Origin: the human T2T-CHM13v2.0 reference genome, Homo sapiens
NCBI RefSeq assembly: GCF_009914755.1
Contig: NC_060932.1
Strand: one strand, 5' to 3'
DNA: 64,000 nt
Positions 42,941 through 56,897 of this stretch are shown here, piece by piece (within the stretch, counting starts at the first letter, position 1; each line of letters begins with the position of its first letter). The position numbers and the translations under genes were made by a program. The notes below the pieces were generated by a model. The model searched no databases and was not told where the DNA came from. It saw only the letters and a program-made list of their open reading frames with translations.

Positions 42941-43777
42941 TGTATTAGTCTGTTTTCACACTGCTGATAAAAGACTAAAGACATACCTGAGACTGGGCAA
43001 TTTACAAAAGAAAGAGGTTTATTGGACTTACAGTTCCACATGTTCTTGAATGCTTTGCTGCTTAGAAATTTCTTCCTCCAGATACCCTAAATCATCTCTC
43101 TCAAGTTCAAAGTTCCAGGAATCACTAGGGCAGGGGCAAAATGCCACCAGTCTCTTTGCTAAAACATAACAAGAGTGACCTTTGCTCCAGTTCCCAACAA
43201 GTTCCTCATCTCCATCTGAGACCACCTCAGCCTGGACCTTGTTGTACATACTGCTATCAGCATTTTTGTCAAAGTCATTCAACAAGTGTCTAGAAAGTTC
43301 CAAACTTTCCCACATTTTCTGTCTTCTTCCAAGCCTTCCAAACTGTTCCAACCTCTGCCTGTTACCCGGGTCCAAAGCTGCTTCCACATTTTCAGGTATC
43401 TTTTCAGCAGTGCCCCACTCTACTGGTACCAATTTACTGTATTAGCCCATTTTCATGCTGCTAAGACATACCTAAGACTGGGCAATTTACAAAGGAAAGA
43501 GGTTTATTGGATTTACAGTTCCACGTGGCTGGGGAGGCCTCACAATCATGGCAGAAGGTGAAAGGCACGCCTCACATGGTGGCAGACAAGAGAAAAGAAC
43601 TTGTGCAGGGAAACTCCCCCTTATGAAACCATCAGATCTTGTGAGATGTATTCACCATCATGAGAACAGCACAGGAAAGACCTGCCCCCATGATTCAATT
43701 ACCTCTCACCAGGTCCCTCCCACAACACGTGGGAATTCAAGATGAAATTTCAGTGGGGACATAGCCAAATCATATCA
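42941..43777 (-). mobile_element. THE1B element with internal deletion (5' LTR 43438-43777, internal 43043-43437, 3' LTR remnant 42941-43042)
   Basis: TG..CA ends; TSD GTAAC at 42936-42940 and 43778-43782. Confidence 0.92.
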
Positions 43778-45897
43778 GTAACCTCTTGTAAAACCACTGT
43801 CCACTATTAAAACCAGGATAGTGACATTAATATAGTCAAGAGAGAACACTTCTATTATGAGGATTCCTCACGATGTCCTATTATAGCCAAATCGACTTAC
43901 CTTCTGTCTCCATCCCTCCTTCACTCCTGGTAACCATTAATTTGTTCTCTATCTTGATAGTTTTAATAGATATGTAGTGACAGCCCATTGTGGTTTTAAT
44001 TTGTATTTCCCTAATGGCTAATGATGTTGAACATCTTTTTGTGTGCTAATTGCTTGTTCTGTGTGCTTATTTGCTATATGTCCTCCTTGGTGAACTGTCT
44101 GTTCATGTTGTTTGCCCATTTTCTAGAGGATTGTTTTTTACTGTTGAGTTTTGAAAAACTTTATATATTCTAGATACTAGTCCTTTGTTAGGTATGTGGT
44201 TTGAAAATATTTTTCCCACTCTGCAGTTTGTCTTTATATCCTCTTAAGAGAGTTTCTGCAGAGTAAAAGTTTTTATTTGATAGAGTGCAATTTACAGTTT
44301 TTCGTTTTAGGGACTGTGGCTTTAGTGTCAATTCTAAGACTTTTTTGCCTAGCCCTGAGTTCTAAAGATTTTCTCCTACTGTTTCTTTTAATTTTATGGT
44401 CATACATTTTATATTTAAGTTCATGATCCATTTCAAGTTAATTTATGTATAAGGTATGAGACTTAGATCAGGGTTTTATTTCGTTTTTTGTTGTTGTTTG
44501 TTTGTTTTTCCCTATGGATATCCAATTGCTTCTCCACCATTTGTTGTGAAAGATAACCTTTCTTGCACTGAGTTTCTTTTACACTTTTGTCAAAAACCAG
44601 TTAGGCTCATTTGTGTGTCTGTTTCTGAATTCTTTATTCTGTTGCATTCATCTATGTGTCTATCTCTCCACAAATAGCACACAGTCTGGATTACTGTAGC
44701 TATATAAGTCTTGAAATTTATTCCTCCTACTTTATTCTGTTTCAAAATTGTTTTAACTGTTTTACTTTCTTTGACTTTCCATATAAATTTTTGAATAACC
44801 TTCTCTGTATCTACAAAATATCTTGTTAGAATTTTGATAGGAACTGCATTAAACCTGTATATATTTTTGTGAGAATTGACTATTATTACTATGTTGAGTC
44901 TTGCAATCCATAAACATGGTATGTCTCTCCATTTATTTATATCTTTGATTTCTTTCATCAGTTTTACAGTTTTTAGCATATAAGTCCTGTACATGTTTTA
45001 TTAGATTTACAATTAAGTATATATTTTTTCTTTGAGAAATTTTAAATGATACTGTATTTTAAATTCCAGTTGTCATGTGTTCATTGCTAATATACAGAAA
45101 TGCAACTGATTTTTGTGTTTATTTTGTATCCTTTGACCTTGCTTAACTCTTTTATTAGTTCTAGGAGTCTTTTTAAAAATAAATTCCTTGGAATATTCTA
45201 CTTAAACAATTATTTTATCTACAAATAGGGACAGTTTTGGTTTTTTTCCTTTCCAGTCTGTATGTCTTCAGCTCATTTTCTCAACTTATTGCACTGGCTA
45301 AAACTTCCAGCAATATGTTGAATGACAATATTGAGGCCAGACATCTTTGCCTCATTTCCAATCATATAGGAAAAGCATTCAGCTTTCCCCCATGAAGTAT
45401 AATATTATTTGCCCTTTATCAGGTTTAGGAAGTTCCTTCTATTTCTATTTTTCTTAGCATTTTATCATGAATGGGTGTTGAATTTTGTCAAATGCTTTTC
45501 TGCAGTGATTGATATGATTATGTGATGTTTCTTCTTTAGCCTATTAATGTGGTGATTAATAGGCTCACGACTGATTGACTTCCAGTCAATCCAGTGATTT
45601 TTGCTACAATGATTGATCTTCAAATATTGAGTCAGCCTGGAATAAACTCTACTTGTCATGGAGTACCATTAATTTTATATATTGCTGAATTCTATTTGCC
45701 AATATGTTAAGAATTTTTGAATCTGTAGCCATAAGGGATATTTCTCTGTATTCTTATTTTTTTTGTACTGTCATTGGTTTTGGTATTAGGGTAATACTAG
45801 TTTCATAAAATGAATTGGGAACTGTTCTCTTTTTATTTTTTGGAAGAGAAGTGTAGAATTGCTTTGTTGATTTATTAATCTTTTCAAAGAACGAAAT

Positions 45898-46287
45898 TGT
45901 ATTAGATTGTTCTTGCACTGCTATAAAGAAGTACCTGAGACTGGGTAATTTATAAAGAAAAGGGGTTTAATTGGCTCACGGTTCTGCAGGCTTACAGGAA
46001 GCATTGCTGGGGAGGTCTCAGGAAACTTACAATCATGGCGAAAGGGGAAGGGGAAGCAGGCACATCTTACATGGCCGAAGCAGGAAGAAGAGAGTGAGAG
46101 AGGAGAGGTGTTACACGCTTTTAAACAATCAGATCTTGTGAGAACTCTAACAGCACTAGGGGGATGGTGCTAAACCATCAGAAACCACCCCCATGATCCA
46201 ATCACCTCCCACCACACCCCACCTTCAACATTGGGGAATACAATTCAGCATGCGATTTGGGTGGGGACACAGAGCCAAATCCTCTCA
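45898..46287 (-). mobile_element. MSTA-type solo LTR
   Basis: tgtattag..ctgagactgggtaatttataaagaaa..gtggggacacagagccaaa. Confidence 0.9.
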
Positions 46288-47629
46288 GGGATCTCTGTTT
46301 CATTAATTTTCTCCACTGTTTTTCTGTTTTCAATTTCATTTATGCTCTTTATTATTTCTTTCCTTTGTTTGCTTTGTGTTTATTTTGCTTTTCTTTTATT
46401 GTATTTATTTTACTTTGGGTTCTCAAGGTGAAAGCTTTGATTATTGATTTGAGACTTTTGGTCTTTTCTAATGTATGTATTATCACTGCATTAGCTGTGT
46501 CCTACAAATTTTGATATGCTACATTTTCATTTTCATTTAGTATAATGCATTTTAAAATTTCTCTTGAGAGTTCCTCTTTGATTCATGGGTTATATAGAGG
46601 TGTGTTATTTAATTTCCAAGTGTTTGGTTATTTTCCTGTTACCTTTCTATTATTCATTTCTAGATTACATTTATAGTGGTCAAAAAACATACTGTATATG
46701 ATTTTAACTCTGTTAAATCTTCTGAGGTTTGTATTAAGGCCCATGGTATGGACTGTTTGTTTCACTGTTTTTTATTTCTGTTTTCTTTTCCTGCCTTCCT
46801 GTGGATTAAACACTTTTGAGACTCTTACTTTTATTTATGTACAGTGTTTTTGAGTGTATCCCTTTGTATAGCTTTCTTTAGTGGTCGCTTTAGATATTAC
46901 ATTATATGTACATAACTTGTCACAGTCTACTGGTGTCATCACTTTACCAGTTGAAGTGGAGTACAGATATCTTATGTCCTTTTAGTCTCCCATTTTTAAT
47001 TGTTTTAAATATTTCCTCTATGCACATTTAGAATTACATCAGACATTACTACAGTTTTTGTTTCAACCATCAAACATAATTTAGTAAACTCAAGAGGAGA
47101 ATGTTATATTTACATGTTTTTGCTTACCATGCTCTTTCCTCTTTTCTGACATTCCAGAGAACTCCTTTTAGCCATTATTTTAGGGTAGGTCTGATGGTGA
47201 CAAATTCTCTTAGTTTTCCTTCATCTGAGAATGTCTTGATTTGTGATTCATTACTGAAGGATATTTTCTCTGGGTATGAATGCTGGATTGACAGTTCTTT
47301 TCTTTCAGCACATGAAAAATATTTTGCTATTTTTTTCACCTCCATAGTTTCTCAGCAGAGACATTTCTTTGCTGAGCCTTTCTATTTTTTCATTTGTTTC
47401 AACCATGTTCCTAATTGTTCATTGAAGCATTTTTATCATGACTGCTTTAAAATCTTTGTCAGATAATTCTAACACTGCTGTCATTTTGGTGTTGGCCTAT
47501 ATTGACTGCCTTCTTTTTTCATTCAGTCTAAGATCTTCTTGGCTTTTTGTATTATGAGTTATTCTGAATTAAATAAAACTGGACATTTTTGTATTATGTG
47601 ATGAGATTCTGAATGTTATTTAAATCTTC

Positions 47630-47948
47630 TTTTTTTTTTTTTTGGATACAGGGTCTCACTCTGTTGCGCCGACTGCCAAGCTGGAGTGCCGTGGTGCAAT
47701 CATAGCTGACTGCAGCCTCGATCTCTCGATCTCCCAGGCTCAAGTGATCCTCCCATCTCAGCCTCTCCAGTAGCTGGGACTACAGGCACATGTCACCATG
47801 CCTGGCTATTTGTTTGTTTGTTTGTTTTGGTAGAGATGGGGTCTCTTTATGTTGGTCAGGCTGATCCTGAATTCCTGGGCTCAAGCAATCCTCCTGTCTT
47901 GCCCTCCCAAAGTGCTGGGATTACAGGTGTGAGCCACTACAACCAGCC
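47630..47948 (-). mobile_element. AluJ
   Basis: TSD TAAATCTTCTTTT. Confidence 0.92.
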
Positions 47949-50244
47949 TAAATCTTCTTTTTCTAACTGGCTTTCTTTGCCATGCCTCTGGCAAAGGAAA
48001 GAGTGGGGTGCTGCCTTGTTACTGCAAGATGGGGACAGAAGTCTAGGTTTTCTACTCAGGTCTGCTGACAGCTGAGGTGTGCAGCACTGCGTTACTGTGT
48101 GTGGAGGTGAGTTCTGATTCCCCACACAGTCTCTGCTCACACCATGAAGGGAAAGGGGTAATTACTGCCCAGGGGGGATAAAAATCTAAGCTCCTTTCTT
48201 GGCATTTTCTGAAACCACTCCAGCAGGAGTATTAGCACACCTCCTTAGGGCTTCATAGGGTAGATGTCTGGGTTCCCCACGAGGCCTTTGCTGGCATGGG
48301 TGAGGGTGGGTCCACATTTCCTTCTGTGGTGTTCGGCTAGAGGATTGTCTAAAAGTTTTCCGTCTCGCTAGGATGTTCCTGTCTTGGTCTTTTGACTAAG
48401 AAAGAGCAGGCTCCATTGGAGCTTTGTCTATGCTGTTGACATTTCCTATTTGCCAGCTTCTTCAGCTCCAAGTCTGGGATACACGAAGCGAAATGAAAAC
48501 CCATGAAACTTACTGCTATGCTGCTGCTGTGGCCCGGGGGTTTCTAGCCAGTCTGTTTTCTTCTCTCTACCTTTCATCTTTATATTTTTTAATACATAAT
48601 GTCCAGAGTTTTTAGTTTGACTTAGGGGAAGAAATAGAAAAAACTATGTCTACTCGAGCTTCCAAAAGTGGAAATCTCCTACTCAGCTATTTTTATTAAC
48701 CATCCTATCATCTTAGGAATTAAAAAACAAAAATCACTGGATCCCAACAAAGTAGTTGGTATTCTTGCTAAAATTAAGGAACATCAAACATCTTGGTTAT
48801 AAAAACACAATTCAGTCTAGATCAACTGCAAGGAATTTGCGGATAAGGCCTGTAAGAAAGATTATGGGTTTTGTGAATTTTGTTTCTTTCTCTATTTACC
48901 TGACATACAATAGTTTTAAAATTAGAATATAAACATTTCCACTTATAGTTAGATAAAGCATGGATGCTAATGTTTGGTCATTCCATTGGTCTATTCTTAC
49001 TATATTCACAATGGTGGCATCTGAGAAGCCATGCAAAGTGCCTAAAGGTAAAATAAATGATAAAGAAATTTTCAGCAAGTTATTTTTCAGTGTGTATGGA
49101 GCAGACTTGTAGACCTGTACTGACTATATACTCAGATAAGGCCAAACCTAAGGTAGGTAAAAGTTTTAGAACAGTAATCATCATTTAAGTTGAATATCCC
49201 AAATAAACTATTTGCTGAAAATATTTTCTTTAGTTTACTTCTTAATTTACTCAGGGTGTTGGAGAAGTGATAGGGTGGAAGAAATGCAAAAATTATACTG
49301 TGAGTACAATACAATACAGTTGTTTGAATACTTATCTTTATGGACAACTCCAGAGTGAAATGGCAAGTGATAAAAATGTGCTCCAATATAAAACACTGCC
49401 TTACATGGGAGACTGCATTAAATTATTTATCTTCTTTAGAGGGAAAAACATATACTACAAAGAAAGTAAAAATGTTGGTAAGAAGAATGAATATTTATCC
49501 TAGTGATAAAGAGTAGCTCATAAAGTGGGCTTTAAAATTTATACCGTTTGTATTATGCACACAATTTTTCAAAAACTTCGCACTTCAAAATAATTTTTCC
49601 ATGCAATCTCCATAGCCGTCATTTTTAATAGCTGCATGATAGTCCTTTGGGCATTATACCATAATTAATTCTCTAAGTAATCCATTATTGCTAAATATTT
49701 AGCTCACTTGCAGTGTTTCACTTCTATAAATAATAAGAGTGACAAGTGTTTTGCCTATAGTTTTCACCCTATCACTATTTTGGATTATTTACTTAAGCAA
49801 GAGACCCTGAAGTAGAATTACTGAATCAATGGTATAATTTTTATGACTTCTCATAAGAACTGCTAAATTCTTTCCCAATAGAGTTGTACAGCTTTGCAAT
49901 ACCACCACCAATGCATGAAAATAGGAGCATGTCTGCACCCTCTCCAGCAAGTTACTCTTATTTTTTAAAGGCAATTTTAAGTTGAAATATTCATAACTTA
50001 ATTTGCAATGATTTAATTAGCAGTTATTTACTACATTTATTTCTTTGGTGAACTATCTGTTATTGACCTTAGTCATTCATTCCTTGAGATTTGGGAGTTT
50101 CATCAATTTGAATCAATTCTTTATAATAATAAAAAACCTGCAAATTGTTTTCTAGATTAGTCTTTAAAAATTTGTTAATGTAATAAGGTTATGATTTTTA
50201 TACAGTTAAAATTTCTGATTCTTTTCTTTTTCTGATTATTTTTT

Positions 50245-50541
50245 AGAAGGGGTCTTGCTATGCTGCCCAGGCTGAAGTGCAGTGGCTATTCACAGGTGTG
50301 ATCCCATTACTAATAAGCATGGGAGCTCTGACCTGCTCTATTTTCAACTTGTGCCATTTCACCCCTCCTTATGCAACCTGGTGGTCCCTGGCTCCCGGGA
50401 GGTAATCACAATGATGCCAAATTTAGTGTGGACACCCAACTGATGTAGCGCACTACAGCCCAGAACTCCTGGACTCAAGTGATCCTTCTGCCTCAGCCTC
50501 CTGAGTAGCTGGGATGATAGGTGTGCACCACCACACCCTGC
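50245..50541 (-). pseudogene. Full-length 7SL (SRP) RNA retropseudogene (RN7SL-type)
   Basis: Alu-domain ends plus the S domain (ttcacccctcctta.gcaacctggtggtccc.gctcccgggagg, ttagtgtggacaccc); short A tail; TSD TGATT(A/G)TTTT. Confidence 0.93.
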
Positions 50542-51117
50542 TGATTGTTTTCTTTGTGATTTGTTCAGTTTATTCTAGGCTTAGGATCTCATTCACTGTA
50601 ATTCTGCATTTTTTCTTTTTATATTTATTTATTTATAAAATTTTCTATCCAATATAAATTAGTTCAGTGTTTGGAGAGGAAGGGCAAAGTTATTTTTTTT
50701 AAATTGCTAAGAATTTATCTCAATATGATTTCCATTAATATTCCTGCCCTTCCCTATTGTTTTATCACGTCAGAAATTGCTAGTTATGCCAGGTCCTTTG
50801 GCTGCTTATTTCACTCCACTAATCCCTATTTAGCCTTGTATCATTACTGTTTTTAATAATTGTAGCAACACAGAAATAGTATAAAGTTAATATCTGCTTG
50901 TTAAATGAATAGTGAATCTGGCAGGGCTGACAGCCTTCAGTACTATTTTTAAAGAGTTTTCCTTAATAGTCTCTCCCCTGCTTGTTGTTATTTTTGAACA
51001 ATGTCAAACCTACAGAAAAGCTAAAATCATACTACAATGAACATCTGTATATATCCTTCACCTTCAGTCACCAATTACTAATAGTTTGTCACATTTTATT
51101 TTCTCTGTGTATCTTTA

Positions 51118-51645
<528 letters not shown>

Positions 51646-51673
51646 TTAAAAAACTGATCAAGAATCACCCATT

Positions 51674-52603
51674 GAGAAAATATTTGCAAACCACACATCT
51701 GATAAAAGTCTAATATCCAGCATCTATAAGGAACTTAAACAAATTGAAAGAAAACATTAAAAAGTGGGCAAAGGACATGAACAGACACTTTTCTAAAGAA
51801 GACATACATATGGCCAATAAGCATATTAAAAAAAAGCTCAGTGTCACTGATCATTAGAGAAATGCAAATAAAACCACAATGAGATACCATCTCACACCAC
51901 TCAAAATGGCTATTACTAGAAAGTCAAAAAATAACAGATGCTGGTTGGGTTGCAGAGAAAAGGGAACACTTAATACATTGTTGGTGAGAGTGTAAATTAG
52001 TTCAACCATTGTGGAAAGCAGAATGGCAATTCCTCAAAGAGCTAAAAACAGAATTACCATTCAACCCAGTAGTCCCATTACTGGGTATATACCCAGAGGA
52101 ATAGAAATCATTCTACCATAAAGACACATGCACACAAATGTTCATTACTATACTACTCATAACAGCAAAGACATGGAATCAACCTAAATGCCCACCAACG
52201 GTAGACTGTATAAAGAAAATGTGGTACATACCCATCACGGAATACTATGCAGCCATAAAAAAGAATGAGATAATGTCTTTTGCAGGATCATGGATGGAGC
52301 TGGGGGCCATCATCCTTAGCAAACTAATGCAGGAACAGAAACCAAATGCCGCATCTTCTCACTTACAAGTGGGAGCTAAACAATGAGAATTCATGAACAC
52401 AAAGAAGGGAATGACAGACACTGGGGCCTACTTGAGGGTGGAGCGTGGAAGGAGGGAGAGGAGCAGAAAAGATAACTATTGAGTACTAGGCTTAGTACCT
52501 AGGTGACAAAATAATCTGTACAACAAACCCTGGTGACACAAGTTTACTTACATAACAAATCTGCACATGTACCCCTGAACCGAAAATAAAATTTAAAAAA
52601 AAA
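51674..52603 (+). mobile_element. L1PA (PA13-16-like) 5'-truncated 3' end
   Basis: ORF2 C-terminus (AKTWNQPKCP..KKMWYI..EYYAAIKKNE), 3' UTR and A tail; TSD ATCACCCATT at 51664-51673 and 52607-52616. Confidence 0.93.
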
Positions 52604-52652
52604 GGGATCACCCATTACATTAGTTATGTATCTCTAACATCTTTCAATATAT

Positions 52653-52745
52653 GTCTTCCTTCCTCCCTCCCCCTCTTCCTTCCTTCCTCTCCTTCATTCT
52701 TTCCTTTCTCTTTCTCCTTCTTTCCTCCTCCTCCTTCCTCTCCCA
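52653..52745. repeat. Polypyrimidine (CT-rich) low-complexity tract
   Basis: About 90 nt almost entirely C/T. Confidence 0.85.
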
Positions 52746-52851
52746 TTTGTCTCTTTTTATCTTTTATGACATGACATTTAAAAAAAATTCCAGGCCAGTT
52801 GTTTTACATAATCCTTTTAAATTTGGATGTGTCTTATCTTCATTTGTGTAG

Positions 52852-53004
<153 letters not shown>

Positions 53005-53477
53005 TAACAAGTTTTGAAATCCTTTTATGTCCTAGTCTTATCTCTTGGAAGATGAGGCTCATCTTATTGGAATTTTGATCAGTACCCTATTATATAAATA
53101 AAATTTTAAAATATTCCATAAAAACGACACTAAACCTTAAAATCAATGTATAAAGAATGACATCTTTACATTATCTAAAGGAAAATAGTATGTATTTCTT
53201 TTAGTCATCTTCACTTGTCTCTCAAAATTTAAAACATCTTCACATAGATACTAATAATACATTTCACATTAAGAATATTTTAGTTACACTACTTCACTAC
53301 TGAGCATTTTAAAATTATATTTTCTTACTGGTTATAAACTAGAGTCACTCTCTACAGGATAACCGTCTTTTTTAAAAGTTGATCTTGTTTGCTGTCACTT
53401 TACTAAACTTTAGAATTACTTTTCTTAATTTCCTTTATTTTGTTAATTTTCCTACATTTGCAGTCAAAATAGCTAAA

Positions 53478-53512
53478 TATAATAATAATATTAATATTAT
53501 AATAATAATAAT
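53478..53512. repeat. (TAA)n imperfect microsatellite
   Basis: Seen directly. Confidence 0.8.
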
Positions 53513-53559
53513 ATACCATGTGAGGTGCCGAAGGCTCAGAGATTCATCCCTAGTGGGAA

Positions 53560-54010
53560 GGAGCAGCAAAGCTCTCATGGGGAGGTAGGACCTCAGATGG
53601 ACTTTGAAAGATATCTGGGTGTTAGGTGATACAGGGGTAGGGGTCATGGTGATAAGGATGGAGGAACAACCAGTGTTCCAGGAAGAAGGAACAGTGTGAG
53701 AGGGTTCAGAGAGAAGGGAGGAGCAGTGAGGGCAACGGCAAGTGGCACAGTGTGGCTGGAGGGCAAGGTACATGGAGGGAAGAAGAAAGAGAAAGAAATG
53801 GAAAATACGCTGGCAACATTACTGCAGAGAGCCCTAAATGTCAGGCTTAGAAGTATGTTCTGAACTTTTCGAAGAGTAGGAAACCGTCAGAAATTTCTAA
53901 GAGATTCCTATGGCAGAAAGAGATCAGAATGGTGCAAGTAGGACTTGAGAAGCGGATGGAATCTTCAAGACTTGGAAACTGACTGGCTGTTGGGGGAAGA
54001 GGAGAACAGC
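53560..54010 (-). mobile_element. L2-like fragment
   Basis: ccaggaagaaggaacagtgtgagaggg..tggctggag..gacttggaaactgactggctg. Confidence 0.5.
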
Positions 54011-54015
54011 GGCAT

Positions 54016-54497
54016 GTGTATTGAGTTGGATGGTGGCCTCAAAAAGATGTCCCTGTCCTAACCCCCAAAACCTGTGAATGTGGCCTTATTTGGAAAAGAG
54101 GTCTTTGTAGCTTTGCTGATATAATTATATTAAGGATCTTGAGATGAGATCATTTGGATTAGCCGTGTGAGCCCCAGGTCCCATGACAAATGTCCTTATA
54201 AGAGAAAATCAGAGGAAGATTTGAGGCAGATGAAAAATAAGACACAGAGAAGAGCAAGGGGCAATGCGATCACTGGGGCAGAGACTGCAGTGAGGTACTA
54301 ACAAGTCAAGAGCGCTGACAGCCACCACAAGCTGAAAAAGGCAAAGAATGGGTTCTTTCCCTAGACCCCCAAGAGGGAGCACACCCCTGCTGGATTTTGG
54401 ACTTCTGGCCTCCAGAACTGTGAAAGAACAAACTTCTGTTGGTCAGGTCAACCCACAGTTCATAATCTGTTACAGCAGCCCTAAGAAACTAATACAA
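54016..54497 (+). mobile_element. MLT1C/D-type LTR
   Basis: aacctgtgaatgtggccttatttggaaaagaggtcttt..ggacttctggcctccagaactgtga..aactaataca. Confidence 0.85.
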
Positions 54498-54827
54498 CCT
54501 TCTTTCCACAAAATAGAAAAGTTTGGAAGAGAGCTGAATTGGAGAGAAGTGCTTAGAAACTGATCCACATAATTTATACAGTCTGTAGCAAAATTACAGC
54601 GTTGGATTAAAACACAATAAGTTCGGCAGAAAAAGTAGGGCAGAATCTTTTCCTTTCCCATATCCTTAGCTCATGATCATTAGTCTTGTCTCACTGTTCG
54701 CCTAGGGGTGAATTTCAAGAGCTTGCTTAAAATGTACATTCTTGGACCCCCATCTGTAGACATTCTGATTTATCTGGTCTGAGGTGGGGCTCAAAAATCC
54801 ACAGTTTCTAAACCATCCCATTAACAC

Positions 54828-55134
54828 AAGAGTGGGCAAACATTTTCTGTAAAGGGCCATATCTGTAAATATTTTAGGCTTTGTGGGTCATATAGTCTCT
54901 GTCACAGCTACTCAATTCTGCTACTATTTGCAAAAGCAGCCAATGACAATACATAAACAAATAAGCATGACTGTGTTCAATATTTTATTTATGCATACTG
55001 AAATTTGAATTTCATATAATTTTCACGTCATGAAATATTATTCTTCTTTTGATTTTCCCCCAACCATTTAGTGATGTACTAAAAACAGGTGGTGAACCAG
55101 ATTTGGTCTATGGGCCACAGTTTGCCAACCTCAG
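54828..55134. mobile_element. MER58B hAT-Charlie inserted in a MER5A (~54710-55165)
   Basis: ggcaaac.ttttctgtaaagggcca..gggccacagtttgccaacc. Confidence 0.8.
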
Positions 55135-55779
55135 CTTAAAAGTGCTGCACTTTGCGAATCGCTGCTTTAAATGTTAGGGCTGAGAATTTTCAAGCCAGTG
55201 ACATGTCACGAACCAGCCGGAGAGAAAGGAATACACCAGGATAATCCCCAGCAAGTTGGCAGTCTCTTCTAAAACAGCAGCCCATAATGTGCCACCACAT
55301 TTACAGAAGGGTGTCACTCATGGGAACATGGTCCTTCAGGCATGCCATAGACTTAAAAATAAACTGAGGGCCATTGTGCTGGAGCAGTGATTGGCAAACA
55401 CAGCTTATCGACTGGATTGGGACTAGATGAGAAAGCCTTGTTTCCACTAGTTTAATTCCACCGTTTTTCTCCCACTGAAGAATGGCTGGAGAATGATGGA
55501 GATAGTCTCAAATTCACTCTAATGTATAGGAATAGTCCTTCATAGACATCAGTTAAATGTAATTAGCAATAAATGGCTTTTGCTATATCTCATAATGTTG
55601 AACTGTGAACTGCCACCAAAAATATTAGGAAATTACTGCTTAGAGAATGGGCAGTTGCCTTCCCCATCCCCGAGCAATCATCACTGCTGTCTTCTCTCAG
55701 TACCTCTTGCTTTGAGTTAGCGCAGCTGGGATATATTTATTTTCAAGCCTCTCTACCTGGGTTGCAGACACAAGCAAGT

Positions 55780-56300
55780 ATGCATAACAGAAATCCATGA
55801 CAGAACCAAGATTCAATAAGATCTCAACAAGCTGGAGCTCTGGGCTCGAAATAACAAGATGAAATTTAACTAGGACAAATGTAATTGTCTGCATTTACAT
55901 TTAAAGAGATTCAATTATAAAAGCACAAGTTGGAGGAGAGACGGCTTTACAAGCAGCTGCGTGATGCAGCAGTTCAGAGGATAAAAGGCCTCAGGGATGT
56001 TTTTAACTAGAGTCTCAACAAGAGCTAGGGAGATGGGGCTGCTGAAGTACTTAATATAATTTTGGCTGCATTAATACAATTACGATGTCCAGATGAATAC
56101 AAGAGTCCACTGTACTCTGAAATAATCACATGATATGTAGAGTCCTTCTGCTATTCTAGGCACTAGGTTTTAAAAGGAACGTTAATATACAATAGTAGGA
56201 ATGGTATTTAGTAATGGGAGTGTAACCAGAAGAGGAGGACGACCAGGGTAAGAAAGAGCCTGAAAAAAGGGTTTCATTAAGGACATCTGAGGGATCTTGG
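55780..56300 (+). mobile_element. L3/CR1 LINE, RT C-terminal part
   Basis: Translates to RIQ*DLNKLELWARNNKMKFN*DKCNCLHL (CR1 hallmark). Confidence 0.75.
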
Positions 56301-56327
56301 GTTGTCAGCAGTGCTTTTGAGGAAGTA

Positions 56328-56577
56328 CAGTCGCTGCTTGGTATTCGCAGGTGAATGGCACCAGGATGCTTCCCACCCTCAAGGATACCAAAATCCTCAC
56401 AAAATCCTCCTGTCGTCCCTCTATGTGGGTTTTGCATCCCGTGAATACTGTATTTTTGATTGGTGTTTGGTTGTGGACATGGAACCCGCCCATATGGAGT
56501 GCCGACTGCACTTATTGAAAAAAATCCACATATTAGTGGATCTGAGCTGTTGAAAACTGTGTTGTTCAAGGGCACTG
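56328..56577 (+). mobile_element. MER2/MER2B-type Tigger-family element
   Basis: CAG..CTG ends with TA on both sides; ggataccaaaatcc, catatggag.gccgactg. Confidence 0.75.
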
Positions 56578-56897
56578 TACTTGGAAACCACAGAAATGGC
56601 ATGGTTTGAAAGTTAAACTACAAAATCAAAGCATAATGGGTCAGGGCTATAAATGGATAAAGTCTATACATTTGCACTCCTGGAAACCAGATAACCAGAC
56701 TGAACATGTGTGTTCAGCAGAGGTGTGTATGTCCACAGGGAGCAGGAGCAAAAGTAGGATGACAGAAGCAAACATTTGCCTTGCCTAGCCTGCCCTGTCC
56801 AGAAGAGAAGGCCTGTCCATCTAAGAAAGACCACAACATTCAACTGTAGGAGTTTGAAGCCATCACACATTTAAATTATGTGACTTTAGTCCATTCT

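Larger units (their letters stand above)
42840..48679 (-). mobile_element. Ancient L1M (L1MC/MD-like) with both ends, internally deleted, carrying THE1B, MST and AluJ insertions
   Basis: 3' UTR at 42840; ORF2 remnants (KWRDIPCLWI..YRFNAVPIKI at 44590-44994; HHINRLK..IISITAEK at 45465-45659); TSD TACTCAGC(A/T)ATT at 42820-42831 and 48680-48691. Confidence 0.85.
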
